This document shows positions 20,649-30,775 of a DNA stretch of 64,000 nucleotides, piece by piece (the stretch's first letter is position 1; each line of letters opens with the position of its first letter). The DNA is taken from NCBI GenBank assembly GCA_965227295.1, contig OZ245742.1, positions 4,128,001 through 4,192,000 of the forward strand, written 5' to 3'. Source of the DNA: Leptonemataceae bacterium. GTDB lineage: Bacteria > Spirochaetota > Leptospiria > Leptospirales > Leptonemataceae. The translations under genes and the position numbers were made by a program. The notes beneath the pieces are model-generated. The model saw only the letters and a program-made list of their open reading frames with translations. It was not told the origin of the DNA and did no database searches.

Positions 20649-20881
20649 CAGTTCCCCCTGTGACTCACGTGGCCGAGATAGGGCTCGCCGGCGAACCCCA
20701 CGGCCGCCGCGAAATGGACGAACTCGTCGGGATTCATCTGAAAGTATGCGTTGCGCACGCGGACATGCAGGGTTCCGCAGCTACAGCGGTCCACGCGGCA
20801 AATGTCGGTGCTGATGATGTTCTGAATGCGATGATCGGGCCCGTTCGGGGCCGATTCAAAGAACTCCGGCAGTGCATTCAT
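20648..20881 (-). CDS. small Cys-containing hypothetical protein (77 aa; possibly DUF6686-like)
   Basis: GGAGG RBS; CRVDRCSCGTLH motif; preceded by two Fur-like boxes. Confidence 0.7.
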   Translation of the reverse strand: MNALPEFFESAPNGPDHRIQNIISTDICRVDRCSCGTLHVRVRNAYFQMNPDEFVHFAAAVGFAGEPYLGHVSHRGN

Positions 20882-20895
20882 GCGCGCCTCCGTAA

Positions 20896-20962
20896 TTGAG
20901 AATTTATCTCATTACGGCCGGGACGCGAGAATTGTCCAGATCTTTTTGAGATTTATTCTCAA
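20896..20962. promoter_or_regulatory. two Fur-family-like 7-1-7 operator palindromes
   Basis: TTGAGAATTTATCTCAT (20896-20912) and TTGAGATTTATTCTCAA (20946-20962); consensus TGAGAAT-N-ATTCTCA. Confidence 0.65.
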
Positions 20963-20982
20963 TAACAAGAGAGGATATGGCC

Positions 20983-21103
20983 ACTCCGAGGACCGAGGTA
21001 CCGAGAAAAAAAATCCTGAGAGCCATCATAACCCGATCGCTTTCCCACAAAGAACATGCTCCAATTCTTCCTCTCGGTCCCTCGGTCCCTCGGTCCTCGG
21101 AGT
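20983..21103. repeat. MITE/REPIN-like element with terminal inverted repeats
   Basis: ACTCCGAGGACCGAGG (20983-20998) and its exact reverse complement (21088-21103). The right arm is extended by CTCGGTCC octamers. Confidence 0.8.
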
Positions 21104-21113
21104 CACATCTTCT

Positions 21114-22007
21114 TCACCGCCGGGCGCTGAAGAAGATCCGCACGGGCGCCGGGTAGCCCTCGACCGTCTTCGACGGATCCTCCGGATCCAGGTTGTCATT
21201 GAGGCCCGGCAGCACGTCCGTCGCCACCTGCTCGTCCGCGTAGCCGAACTCGCCGTGACACACGACGTCCGCGAAACCGGCGGCCTCGATCCACTCGCCT
21301 AACTTGCGCGCGTTGGGTATTACGCGATGCCCCCGCGCCCCGGCATAACGGCCCTTCTCCGGACGAATCTCCGCCGCTTCCGCACTGTAACTTTCCGGCA
21401 GACCCAGGCTCTCCACGACGAGCTGCCCGCCCGGTCGCAGTGCATTGTATAAGATCTTTAAGATTTCCAGCGGCTCTTCGTGATGATACAAAATGCCCAT
21501 GCACAGGATCACGTCAAAGGCGGCGTGAAACTCTTCGCCCGCGAGCAGATCGTAGCCCGCTTCCCGAAACTCGACGCCGTCGGCCCAGGGGGCGTTGGGG
21601 CCGGCGGTTACAAAGGTATTCAAGAATTCAAAGCACTGCCGAAACGGCGTGGTGGGATCGAGACCGAGCAGCGACGCCGGTTGCTGGTGCATCATGCGAA
21701 ACAGATAATAGCCGTTCCCCGTGCCGACATCGCAGACGTCTTTGTCGCGCAGCGGATCGAGGATGCCCAGGACGCGCTGCCACTTGATGTGGGACTTCCA
21801 GTTGGCGTCGATGTCGTGTCCGAAGATACGCCACGGTCCTTTGCGCCACGGTCCCAGGGCGTCGAGATATTCGCGGAGTTCCTCGTGTTCGTTTTCGTTC
21901 AGCTCGTCGTCCGCACCGATGATCACGCGATCGCGGGCGAAGTCGATGAAGTGGGTGCCGTGGGACTGAGCGAAGGCCAGGGCCTGTTCGAATTGTGTGT
22001 CATCCAT
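21114..22007 (-). CDS. cmoB: tRNA U34 carboxymethyltransferase (CmoB-like)
   Basis: PWRKGP, DVGTGNGYY, GLDP, MGILYH, LDPEDPSKTVEGYPAPVR. Confidence 0.88.
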   Translation of the reverse strand: MDDTQFEQALAFAQSHGTHFIDFARDRVIIGADDELNENEHEELREYLDALGPWRKGPWRIFGHDIDANWKSHIKWQRVLGILDPLRDKDVCDVGTGNGYYLFRMMHQQPASLLGLDPTTPFRQCFEFLNTFVTAGPNAPWADGVEFREAGYDLLAGEEFHAAFDVILCMGILYHHEEPLEILKILYNALRPGGQLVVESLGLPESYSAEAAEIRPEKGRYAGARGHRVIPNARKLGEWIEAAGFADVVCHGEFGYADEQVATDVLPGLNDNLDPEDPSKTVEGYPAPVRIFFSARR

Positions 22008-22048
22008 AATTGTAATGCGCGAATCGGGCGCCGGAAGTAGATGGGACC

Positions 22049-22804
22049 ATGAGCGAGTACATCATCTGGCGGGCGATCAAGTTTCTGGGGCTCGTGCTTT
22101 TATCCGGCGGCGTATTCGCTGCGACCCTGAGTACCGCCGCGCCGAACCGCATGCGCGGACTCGTGCTCACGAGCCTGGGCCTGGTACTCACCTGGGCCGC
22201 GGGTTACATGATGATGCACAGTACCGGCATGCGGATCACGGAACCCTGGATCCTGGCGGCTGTCGGCATGAGTCTCGTTTCGTTGTTCTCTACGGCGGAT
22301 CTGGCTCATGCGGCCACGAAGCGATGGCGACGTCTGCGGGCCGGCGTTGCCGCGGGTGGTATCTTCGCGGCCGTGCTGGTGATGATCTTTCACAGCGCCG
22401 AGCCCTGGGTTTCGGCCTTGCTGATCGGCATCTCGCTCGCTCTGGCCGTGCCGCTGATGTTTGCCTTTCTGGATGATCGTGCCGACATCACGGCGCCGGA
22501 AGCACGGAGCACCTGGGATTGGTTTAAGTGGATCGCCCGCGCGGAAGGCGTGACGCTGATCTTGCTGGTGCTGGTGAATCTGCCGCTCAAGCGTTTTGCC
22601 GGTCTCTCCCTCGACGGCGGTACCGGTCTGCTCGGATGGGTGCATGGTACGTTGTTCTTTCTATATATACAGGGGCTCTGGAACAGCGGCAACGCATTGC
22701 AGTGGTCGTGGCTGCAACGTGCGGTTGGATTTGCACTGTCGTTGATTCCGTTCGGTACGTTTGTTTTCGAGTATCTGCGACGCAAGGACGTGGACGCGCG
22801 CTGA
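22049..22804 (+). CDS. integral membrane protein with C-terminal DUF3817-like domain
   Basis: Multiple TM helices; IARAEGVTLILL..PLK..GWVHG..F..Y and LIPFGTFVFE. Confidence 0.75.
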   Translation: MSEYIIWRAIKFLGLVLLSGGVFAATLSTAAPNRMRGLVLTSLGLVLTWAAGYMMMHSTGMRITEPWILAAVGMSLVSLFSTADLAHAATKRWRRLRAGVAAGGIFAAVLVMIFHSAEPWVSALLIGISLALAVPLMFAFLDDRADITAPEARSTWDWFKWIARAEGVTLILLVLVNLPLKRFAGLSLDGGTGLLGWVHGTLFFLYIQGLWNSGNALQWSWLQRAVGFALSLIPFGTFVFEYLRRKDVDAR

Positions 22805-23050
22805 ATATTTCATAGTTCGTACGTCGATACTACGTCGATTGCCGACGCAAGCGCTTTTATTTCAGCCATGTACCGCGAGACAAGCGGACGCCGATTGTAC
22901 TTCCACGCGCGGCGTAAACTTACGGGCAAAGAGGATTAATCAGAGGAACACCGGGTCCTGGATCGTGCGGTTGACCAAAAGAGTCCCGGGATACTCTTTC
23001 GTTTCAGACGATGCCGATCGAAAAGGGACAGATCTCCCCAGTTTACATCG

Positions 23051-23196
23051 TAGCACAAGGGTGTGACATTTTCGGTGGACAGCCGGCGCTTTGTCTGATA
23101 TAAACCCCGGCACCGGATCGGCCGCGCCGCCTGCCCGGATTCCTTCTTTACTCCCTCCGCCAAAAAAGATCCACCCACAGGGGGTGGGCAAGGTGT
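23051..23196. promoter_or_regulatory. repeated ~150-bp divergent-promoter/hairpin module (copy 1)
   Basis: Shares TAGCACAAGGGTGTGACATTTT, a TGGAC-N17-TAT promoter and TCCACCCACAGGGGGTGGG with 38981-39126. Confidence 0.75.
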
Positions 23197-23373
23197 GTCT
23201 TCGCGCAAGGGCTCACTATGTCGCGCGTCAGCACGAGTCACCGCGAAACGGGTGCAGCTCTCGGCCCTCCTGGCCTTCGCTGCATAAAGCCCTCCGTGGC
23301 TAAAACCGAAGCCGACGGCACGGGGCTGACCAATAAGTGGCCTGTCAGAAAAGATAGGGCATACATTTTAGTG

Positions 23374-23496
23374 GGGGGAGCTCCGCTCCCCCTGGCTCCG
23401 ACCCGCGTCGCTACGCGAACGCCCGGGCCTCGCCTTCGGCGACCGGCTCACCCTCCGGGCAAGCCTGGCCCGGGCTCGCGGTTCTCCGCCACCCCC
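23374..23496 (-). repeat. structured ~130-bp intergenic repeat with GNA-triloop hairpins (copy 2)
   Basis: Reverse complement aligns to 11175-11303. Confidence 0.85.
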
Positions 23497-23716
23497 TCGG
23501 TGTGCAGCATCCGTTCGCGACTCATTCTCTTAACATTATGGGCAAGATAGAACAACCCGGCGTGCATTCTGCAATCCGGAGGCGCGCAGTACTCACGGCT
23601 GTGCTCCACAAACCCCGTGTGCGATGCCCTCGTTATTACCGGGCCGCATGATGCCGTCTTGCATGCGCATCGAGCACAAACAGACTACGACCACCCTCCC
23701 CATCTTCCCCTCGATA

Positions 23717-23732
23717 CCTCGGTCCTCGGAGT
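23717..23732. repeat. solo arm of ACTCCGAGGACCGAGG REP-like repeat
   Basis: CCTCGGTCCTCGGAGT lies 7 bp past the clpB stop. Confidence 0.75.
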
Positions 23733-23739
23733 CATCTTC

Positions 23740-26325
23740 TCAGCCCTTCAACTTCAGCTTCTCCCCATCCAGCACCGGCGTGTACTCCGTCTCCGGATCG
23801 AACTCGCCTTTCAGGATGACCCGACTCAGCAGATTGCCGACGGCCTGCTGAATCAAACGTTTCAGCGGCCGCGCACCGAATTGCGGATCGTAGCCGCGTT
23901 CGGCGAGCCAGCTCAAAATCTTTTTGTCCGGCATCTTCACGTGCAGCCCGCTTTCCGCGGCGCGGTCGATCAGCAACTGCACGTGATGCGTTACGATCTT
24001 CTGCAACGATTCCAGGCTGATCGGGTTAAAGAAGATGATGTCGTCCAGGCGGTTCAGGAACTCCGGCTTGAACGCGCGGTGCAGTTCCTCCCGGACGCGG
24101 CCCTCTTTCTCCTCGCCGGAAAGCTCGTCGTTCATGAGATGCATGGAACCGATGTTCGACGTCATGATGATGATCGTATTCTTGAAGTCCACTAATCGCC
24201 CTTTGGCATCGGTTAAGCGACCGTCGTCGAAAATTTGCAGAAAGATGTTGAATACCTCCGGGTGCGCCTTCTCGATCTCGTCGAAGAGGATCACCTGGTA
24301 CGGCCGGCGGCGGACGGCTTCCGTCAACTGACCGCCCTCCTCGTAACCGACGTACCCCGGCGGCGCACCGATCAGTCGCGCCACGGCGTGTTTCTCCATG
24401 TACTCGGACATGTCGATGCGCACCATGGCCTGCTCATCATCAAATAGAAACTGCGAGAGCGCGCGCGCCGTTTCGGTCTTGCCGACGCCGGTGGGCCCCA
24501 GGAACAAAAAGACACCCACGGGACGGTTCGGATCGGAGAGCCCCGAGCGCGAGCGCTGGATGGCCTCGGTCACTGAAGCGAGCGCATCGTCCTGGCCCAC
24601 GACGCGGTCCTTGAGGGTATCGAGCATGCCGAGCAGACGTTCGCGCTCGCCCTGCATCATCTTCGATACGGGGATGCCCGTCCAGCGCGAGACGATCGCC
24701 GCGATGTCTTCATAAGTGACTTCTTCTTTTAAGTACTGGGACTCGCGCTCCTGGATCTTCGCTTCGAGCTGCTCCATTTCCTTCTCGCGTTGCACGATTT
24801 TGCCGTAGCGCAGCTCCGCAACCTTGTTCAGATCGCCCAGGCGCTCGAACTCTTTTTCCTGAACGCGCAGTTGATCGATCTCCTCGCGCAACTGCTTCAC
24901 GCGTTCCACCTCGGAACGTTCGGCCTCCCAGATGCCTTTCTTTTGCGCGAAGTCTTCTTCGAGGTCGGCCAGGGTCTGCTCGACGGTGGCCAGGCGTTCT
25001 TTCGAAGCCTTGTCCTTTTCCATCTTAAGAGCTTCTCGCTGTACCTTAAGCTGTTGGATGTCCTTCTGGACCCGGTCCAGTTCTTCGGGCAGGGAATCCA
25101 GTTCAATGCGCATCTTCGAACACGCCTCGTCGATCAGGTCCACCGCCTTGTCCGGAAGAAAACGATCCGTAATGTAACGGTCCGAGAGTTTCGCCGCGCC
25201 CATGACGGCGCCGTCGGTGATCTTGATGCCGTGATGCAACTCATAACGATCCTTAAGGCCGCGCAGGATCATGATCGTCTCGTCGACTCCCGGTTCGTTG
25301 ACGTAGACCGGTTGAAAACGGCGTTCGAGCGCCTGATCTTTTTCGATGTACTTCTGGTACTCTTTCAACGTGGTCGCGCCGATGCAGCGCAACTCGCCGC
25401 GGGCGAGTGCGGGTTTGATCATGTTCGAGGCGTCGAGACTGCCTTCGCTGGCACCGGCGCCCACGAGCGTATGCAGCTCGTCGACAAACAACACGATGCG
25501 TCCGTCGGACTTCTGCACTTCCGTGAGCACGGCCTTGAACCGATCCTCGAACTCGCCGCGGTACTTCGCCCCGGCGACCATGGCGCCCAGGTCGAGGGCG
25601 TAGATTTCTTTATCCAGCAATCCTTCCGGGACCTCGCCCGCCACGATCTTACCCGCCAGACCCTCGACGATGGCGGTCTTACCGACGCCGGGCTCACCGA
25701 TCAGCATGGGGTTGTTCTTCGTGCGCCGGCTTAAGACCTGCATGATTCTGCGAATCTCTTCGTCACGGCCGATCACCGGATCGAGTTTGCCCTTGCGGGC
25801 CGCGCCGTTTAAATGGATGGCGTACTTGCCGAGGGCGTCCATGGCATCCTCGGGGTTGTCGCTGTTGATGGGTTGTCCGCTGCGTAAATCGTTCACCACT
25901 TCCTCCACGGCCTGGGCGGTCAGCCCCAGACGTTCCAGTTCCGAACTCAAGCGCGCGGTGCGATCCTGCAGATACGCGAGCAGCATGTGTTCGGTGGAGA
26001 GATACTGATCTCCCCGCTTGCGCATGAGATTCTCGGCCTGGGTTAAAAGACGCCCCAGGCTCTGCGAAGCCCGCACCTCGGTGGCCGTGCCGCCGCCGCT
26101 CTGCACGCGCGGCAGAGACTGCACCGCCCCTTCGAAAAGCGGAAGCACCGAAGCGGATGTAATATCGAGACGATCAAGAACCATCGGTCCAATGCCGTCG
26201 TCCTGCCGAAAGATTTCCAACAGCAGATGCTCGGAGGTCAACTCCGGGTTACCGTTTTCCTGGGCCTGGAACTGCGCCTGGTTCAGCGCTTCGCCCGCCT
26301 TATGAGTAATTCGATCTAAAGACAT
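23740..26325 (-). CDS. clpB: ATP-dependent chaperone ClpB
   Basis: [18 protein letters not shown], coiled-coil M domain, [24 protein letters not shown]. Confidence 0.98.
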   Translation of the reverse strand: MSLDRITHKAGEALNQAQFQAQENGNPELTSEHLLLEIFRQDDGIGPMVLDRLDITSASVLPLFEGAVQSLPRVQSGGGTATEVRASQSLGRLLTQAENLMRKRGDQYLSTEHMLLAYLQDRTARLSSELERLGLTAQAVEEVVNDLRSGQPINSDNPEDAMDALGKYAIHLNGAARKGKLDPVIGRDEEIRRIMQVLSRRTKNNPMLIGEPGVGKTAIVEGLAGKIVAGEVPEGLLDKEIYALDLGAMVAGAKYRGEFEDRFKAVLTEVQKSDGRIVLFVDELHTLVGAGASEGSLDASNMIKPALARGELRCIGATTLKEYQKYIEKDQALERRFQPVYVNEPGVDETIMILRGLKDRYELHHGIKITDGAVMGAAKLSDRYITDRFLPDKAVDLIDEACSKMRIELDSLPEELDRVQKDIQQLKVQREALKMEKDKASKERLATVEQTLADLEEDFAQKKGIWEAERSEVERVKQLREEIDQLRVQEKEFERLGDLNKVAELRYGKIVQREKEMEQLEAKIQERESQYLKEEVTYEDIAAIVSRWTGIPVSKMMQGERERLLGMLDTLKDRVVGQDDALASVTEAIQRSRSGLSDPNRPVGVFLFLGPTGVGKTETARALSQFLFDDEQAMVRIDMSEYMEKHAVARLIGAPPGYVGYEEGGQLTEAVRRRPYQVILFDEIEKAHPEVFNIFLQIFDDGRLTDAKGRLVDFKNTIIIMTSNIGSMHLMNDELSGEEKEGRVREELHRAFKPEFLNRLDDIIFFNPISLESLQKIVTHHVQLLIDRAAESGLHVKMPDKKILSWLAERGYDPQFGARPLKRLIQQAVGNLLSRVILKGEFDPETEYTPVLDGEKLKLKG

Positions 26326-26354
26326 ACTATGATCCTCCCAACCCGCACAGCTTA

Positions 26355-26371
26355 TTGAGAACTAATCTCAA
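26355..26371. promoter_or_regulatory. Fur-family-like operator upstream of clpB
   Basis: TTGAGAACTAATCTCAA, same consensus as 20896-20962. Confidence 0.55.
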
Positions 26372-26790
26372 ATTTGCGCACCATTGATGCTTGTACCATT
26401 TCCCGGCCGAGTGTGTATGATTCATTTTCTCTATAATAATTCATCTCAGTGTGTTCGTTGCAAAGCTCAGACCAGCCCGTTGTGCGGCCTGCGCCTTCGA
26501 CAGCGTCAGATATTTCCGACGTGCATGTCACGATGACAGCAGGCCTGTAACAACGTCCGTCGCCGCGTTGATGAAGCTTATACTGTTAAAATCGGCGGAT
26601 TTTTGCGAGCGCCGCTCTGCTTCCGCGAATGGAATGGGCGCAAACGACATTTTTTAGTAAAAAGCGGCCCTCATATCGCAAAATCATTGCGCAAATATGG
26701 TTCGGCAAACACACAGTCTTCGATGTATAGCGACGTTGCAACGCTTCGTCGATTGTTCAGCTGGAATAGAAACCCGGATTCCTGATTATT

Positions 26791-27393
26791 ATGGCCGAAT
26801 TCGTTACCATCCTCAAGAAACACAGCGCCAAATTCATTCTTCTTGCGACGACCGTTGTTCTCATCTACTGGGTCTGGATCGTTCCGCCGAAGTACCAGGG
26901 CTACCAGCCCGACCAACCCGTTCCCTTCTCTCACAAAATTCACGCCGGTGAAATGAACATGGACTGCCGGTTCTGTCACGCGTCGGTCGAGAAGGGACCG
27001 CATGCTTCGGTGCCGGATACCGCAACCTGCATGAAGTGTCACCAACAGGTCGCATCGGACAGCCCGTACATTCAGTACGTCCGCCAGTCCTACGAACAGG
27101 GAGTGCCCATCCGCTGGATCAAAGCGCACGACCTTCCCGACCACGCACGGTTCAGTCACAAACCGCACATCGCTTTTCTGGGCGGGCAGCCCGGAGTGGA
27201 GAACACTGCCGAGACCTGTGCCCACTGCCACGGTGATATGCGCGAAGTCGAAGGCAAGGTCGCCGTCGCCTCCGAGTTCAACATGGGCTGGTGCGTGAAC
27301 TGCCACCGCAGTTACGAAAACCAGGTCCAGGATACACCGGCCGGTTTCAACCAGGCCTCCAATCTAACCACGTGCGGCACATGCCATTATTAA
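26791..27393 (+). CDS. actA: alternative complex III pentaheme cytochrome c subunit
   Basis: One TM, GYQPDQPVPFSHKIHAG, five CxxCH motifs (CRFCH, CMKCH, CAHCH, CVNCH, CGTCH), MGWCV. Confidence 0.93.
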   Translation: MAEFVTILKKHSAKFILLATTVVLIYWVWIVPPKYQGYQPDQPVPFSHKIHAGEMNMDCRFCHASVEKGPHASVPDTATCMKCHQQVASDSPYIQYVRQSYEQGVPIRWIKAHDLPDHARFSHKPHIAFLGGQPGVENTAETCAHCHGDMREVEGKVAVASEFNMGWCVNCHRSYENQVQDTPAGFNQASNLTTCGTCHY

Positions 27394-27485
27394 TTCCTCT
27401 GTTTCGGATTGCTCCTGAATAGCCGAACCGAGGACAGCCAAGCAAAAGAGCAGCGAAGACCAACAGACGTTCAGCCTGAAATACT

Positions 27486-30400
27486 ATGAAGCATTCGCAG
27501 AAATCAGCCCAAACCGCCGGAACGTTTAAGAAATACTGGCAATCCCTCGAAGAGAAACAGGACCTGGCGCTTACCGACTGGGAGCGCCCGGAATTTCCGG
27601 AACGCCCGGAAACGTCCGCGAAGTCCGGCTTCTCGCGCCGGGACTTCCTGAAGTTCATGGGGGCCGGTGCCGTCATGGCCACCGCGGCCTGCCGCCGTCC
27701 CACCGAGCAGATCGTTCCCGCGGTCAAAGCACCGCCGGAACAGGTCCCCGGTTTGCCCACGTTCTACTCCAGCACCACCCCGGGCGGTTCCGGCATTGTC
27801 GTGCGCACCCGCGACGGACGCCCGGTAAAAATCGCCGGCAACCCCGACCATCCGCTGACCCACGGAGGTGTGACCGCCTCGGAAGTTGCATCGATCATGG
27901 ACCTCTACGATCCGGATCGTCTACGCAAGCCGGTCGTCTTCGAAGAGAAGAACGGCAAGCGCCGCAAGCAGGTCAGCACGGACAGCGCCATCGTCTCCGC
28001 GGCCACCGCCAAACTTGCGAGCGGCGAAAGTTACCTGCTCTTCACCGGTCCGGTGGACAGCCCGTCGACGCGCTCCCTCGTCGCCGATTTTCTGCGCAAG
28101 TATCCCGGCGGTCGTCACGTAGAGTTTCGTCCGGATCCGGCGCTCCGCCAGATCGCCGAAGGCCAGCGGGAATCTTACGGCCAGGACCTCGTCCCGAACT
28201 ATCGCTTCGATCGTGCCGACCTGGTCGTCTCCATTGACGGCGACTTCCTGGGCACGCTCATTCACCCGGCCTACTTTTCACACGCCTTCACTTCGAAGCG
28301 CGACCTGCGCAAGAGCAAGAAGTCCATCAACCGACTGGTGGCTTTCGAGTCCATGTTCACGCTCACCGGTTCCAACGCCGACGAACGCTACGGCATCCGT
28401 CCCGGGGACCAAACGCTCATCGCCCTCGCCATCGCATCGTACTTAATCGTTGAACAACGTCGCAGCAATCTGGCCGGCAACGCCGCCGTGCGTTCGCTGC
28501 TGCAACAGTATCGCCCGGAAACCATTGCCAACGCGCTCAAGCAAGAGAGCGGCCTGTACCGCAAGGGTCACTTCGAAGAGGTGATTGCCCGCGTCGCCGA
28601 CGAACTGTGGAACCATCGCGGTCGCAGCCTGGTCATCGGCGGTTCGCCCCTGGCCGCGACCGGCAACAACGCCGCCGCTCAAATTGCGGTGAACCTGTTA
28701 AACTCGATCCTCGGCAACGACGGAGTGACCGTGGCCTACGGGCAGCCGCTCCAGTACAGCACCGGCATCTCCGATCGCGAACTCCAGGCGGTCATCGGCG
28801 ACATCGGCAAACGCTACAAAACGATCATCCTCGCGGCCAACCCGGTCTATCATTTGCCCCAGAATCTGAATGCCCATGCGGCGCTGGCCAAGGCCGACTA
28901 CGTGCTGGCCCTGAGCGATCGCCTGGACGAAAGCGCACAACTGGCCGACGCCGTGTTGCCGCTCAGTCACTGGCTGGAAGCCTGGGGCGACAGCGAAGTC
29001 ATCGCCGGAGTACACGGCATTCGTCAGCCGGTCATCCGTCCGCTCTACAATACACTTTCACTCGAAGATCGCTTGATCCAGCTCGCCGGCGGAAACCTCG
29101 GCGGGCAGTCCACGTTCCACGACTACGTGAAGAACCGCTGGCGCGGGCTTGCGGGTGGGAAGAACTTCCGTAAGTTCTGGGTCTCCGTCCTCCAGGCCGG
29201 CTACTACGCCCCCGGCCGGTCCGCCCTGAAAGGCTCGCGTCCGGCCCGTACGTTTCGTCCGGGCGCCCTCGGCCGACTGCCGCAATTCTCGAGTGCGTCC
29301 GGTCCGGAAACGGACAGCGGCAAACTCGTCCTCGGCCTCTACTATAACGTGCAGGTTCTCGACGGCAGCGGCGCGAACAACGCCTACCGCCAGGAACTGC
29401 CCGATCCCGTGACGAAGATCGTCTGGGACAACTACGTGGCCATGTTGCCCGCCACGGCGCGCAGTCTCGGCCTGCAGCAGGGTTCGATGGTGGAACTCAC
29501 CACGAAGTCCGGCGCTAAGATGAAGCTGCCCGTGCACCTGCAGCCCGGCCTGCATCCTCAGGCGGCCCTGGTGGCCCTGGGCTACGGTCGCGAGGCGGCC
29601 GGCAAAATCGGCGACGGCGTGGGCAAGAAGGCCCTGGACATGGTCGTCATCGGCTCTGACTCACTGGCCTTCTCCGGCGACGTCGTCGAGGTCAAAGCCG
29701 CCGGTGGTCGTCATACCCTGGCCAGCACGCAAACGATCTACCGCCAGGGCTTCAACGATCAGAGCAAACGCAATCTTCCCGGCACGCCCGAGGGCGCGCA
29801 CGAGGTTCCCTTCGCCGGCTCATCTCTCTACACGGGGATGCGCGACGGCAAACACCAGCAACGCCCCATCGTCCGCGAAACGACCTGGAGCGAGTACAAA
29901 ACCGGCAAGTTCGAACTGCAACCGCCGGCCCTTTACTACCCGAAGGGCGCGGAACTCATGCCGGAGTGGAACTACAAAGATACGCGCTGGCACATGGTCA
30001 TCGACCTGAACGCCTGCACCGGTTGCGGCGCCTGCGTTACGTCGTGTAACAACGAGAACAACATCCCCATGGTCGGCCGTGATCAGGTGGCCCGGGGTCG
30101 CGAGATGCACTGGCTGCGCATCGATCGTTACTTCGTCACGACGGCGGAAGAGAGTCTGGACCAGGACGAAATCGAAGAAGCGCCGGTTATCGCGCACCAG
30201 CCGATGCTCTGTCAGCACTGTGAAAACGCACCGTGCGAAAACGTTTGTCCGGTGGCGGCCACGACGCACAACCACGAAGGTCTGAACGTCATGACCTACA
30301 ACCGCTGCGTCGGCACGCGCTATTGCGCGAACAACTGCCCTTACAAAGTACGTCGCTTTAACTGGTACGAAAACTGGAACTACATGGAAGGCCTGTGGCG

Positions 30401-30743
30401 CGGCATTCGCGACCCGCAGCATCTGGCCATGAACCCCGACGTCACCGTGCGCACGCGTGGTGTCATCGAGAAGTGCATGTTCTGTATTCAACGCATCGCG
30501 GTGGCTCGCCAGGAAAGCAAAGCCCGCGGCGAAAGCTACGTTCCGGACGGCTCCGTGGTTACGGCCTGCCAGGAAGTCTGCCCCACCGGCGGCATCAGTT
30601 TCGGAAACATCCTCGATCCGGACAGCGACGTGCAGAAGCTCAAGAAGAAAGAAGAGCAGCGCTCCTTCCAGGTCCTCGACTTCCTCGGGGTTAAACCCTC
30701 GATCACTTACCTGGCACGGGTTCGAAACAAGGGGCAGAGCTGA
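27486..30743 (+). CDS. actB: alternative complex III Tat-exported molybdopterin-like/Fe-S subunit
   Basis: KKYWQSLEE, Tat SRRDFLK plus lipobox TAAC, QELPDPVTKIVWDN, CTGCGAC, CQHCENAPC..VCP, CVGTRYCANNCPY, KCMFC..ACQEVCP. Confidence 0.95.
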   Translation: MKHSQKSAQTAGTFKKYWQSLEEKQDLALTDWERPEFPERPETSAKSGFSRRDFLKFMGAGAVMATAACRRPTEQIVPAVKAPPEQVPGLPTFYSSTTPGGSGIVVRTRDGRPVKIAGNPDHPLTHGGVTASEVASIMDLYDPDRLRKPVVFEEKNGKRRKQVSTDSAIVSAATAKLASGESYLLFTGPVDSPSTRSLVADFLRKYPGGRHVEFRPDPALRQIAEGQRESYGQDLVPNYRFDRADLVVSIDGDFLGTLIHPAYFSHAFTSKRDLRKSKKSINRLVAFESMFTLTGSNADERYGIRPGDQTLIALAIASYLIVEQRRSNLAGNAAVRSLLQQYRPETIANALKQESGLYRKGHFEEVIARVADELWNHRGRSLVIGGSPLAATGNNAAAQIAVNLLNSILGNDGVTVAYGQPLQYSTGISDRELQAVIGDIGKRYKTIILAANPVYHLPQNLNAHAALAKADYVLALSDRLDESAQLADAVLPLSHWLEAWGDSEVIAGVHGIRQPVIRPLYNTLSLEDRLIQLAGGNLGGQSTFHDYVKNRWRGLAGGKNFRKFWVSVLQAGYYAPGRSALKGSRPARTFRPGALGRLPQFSSASGPETDSGKLVLGLYYNVQVLDGSGANNAYRQELPDPVTKIVWDNYVAMLPATARSLGLQQGSMVELTTKSGAKMKLPVHLQPGLHPQAALVALGYGREAAGKIGDGVGKKALDMVVIGSDSLAFSGDVVEVKAAGGRHTLASTQTIYRQGFNDQSKRNLPGTPEGAHEVPFAGSSLYTGMRDGKHQQRPIVRETTWSEYKTGKFELQPPALYYPKGAELMPEWNYKDTRWHMVIDLNACTGCGACVTSCNNENNIPMVGRDQVARGREMHWLRIDRYFVTTAEESLDQDEIEEAPVIAHQPMLCQHCENAPCENVCPVAATTHNHEGLNVMTYNRCVGTRYCANNCPYKVRRFNWYENWNYMEGLWRGIRDPQHLAMNPDVTVRTRGVIEKCMFCIQRIAVARQESKARGESYVPDGSVVTACQEVCPTGGISFGNILDPDSDVQKLKKKEEQRSFQVLDFLGVKPSITYLARVRNKGQS

Positions 30744-30775
30744 GCTCCTAACAATAGCTTACTGGTATTTAACGC

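Noticed and set aside
21073..21100. CTCGGTCC tandem octamers as a phase-variable SSR
   Set aside because: Only three units, intergenic, and part of the REP-like arm.
22761..23550. Short ORFs in the intergenic hotspot
   Set aside because: No recognisable motifs; they run across non-coding repeats whose two copies do not preserve a reading frame.
26326..26450. CIRCE/HrcA or CtsR operator upstream of clpB
   Set aside because: No TTAGCACTC-N9-GAGTGCTAA or CtsR heptad repeat is visible.
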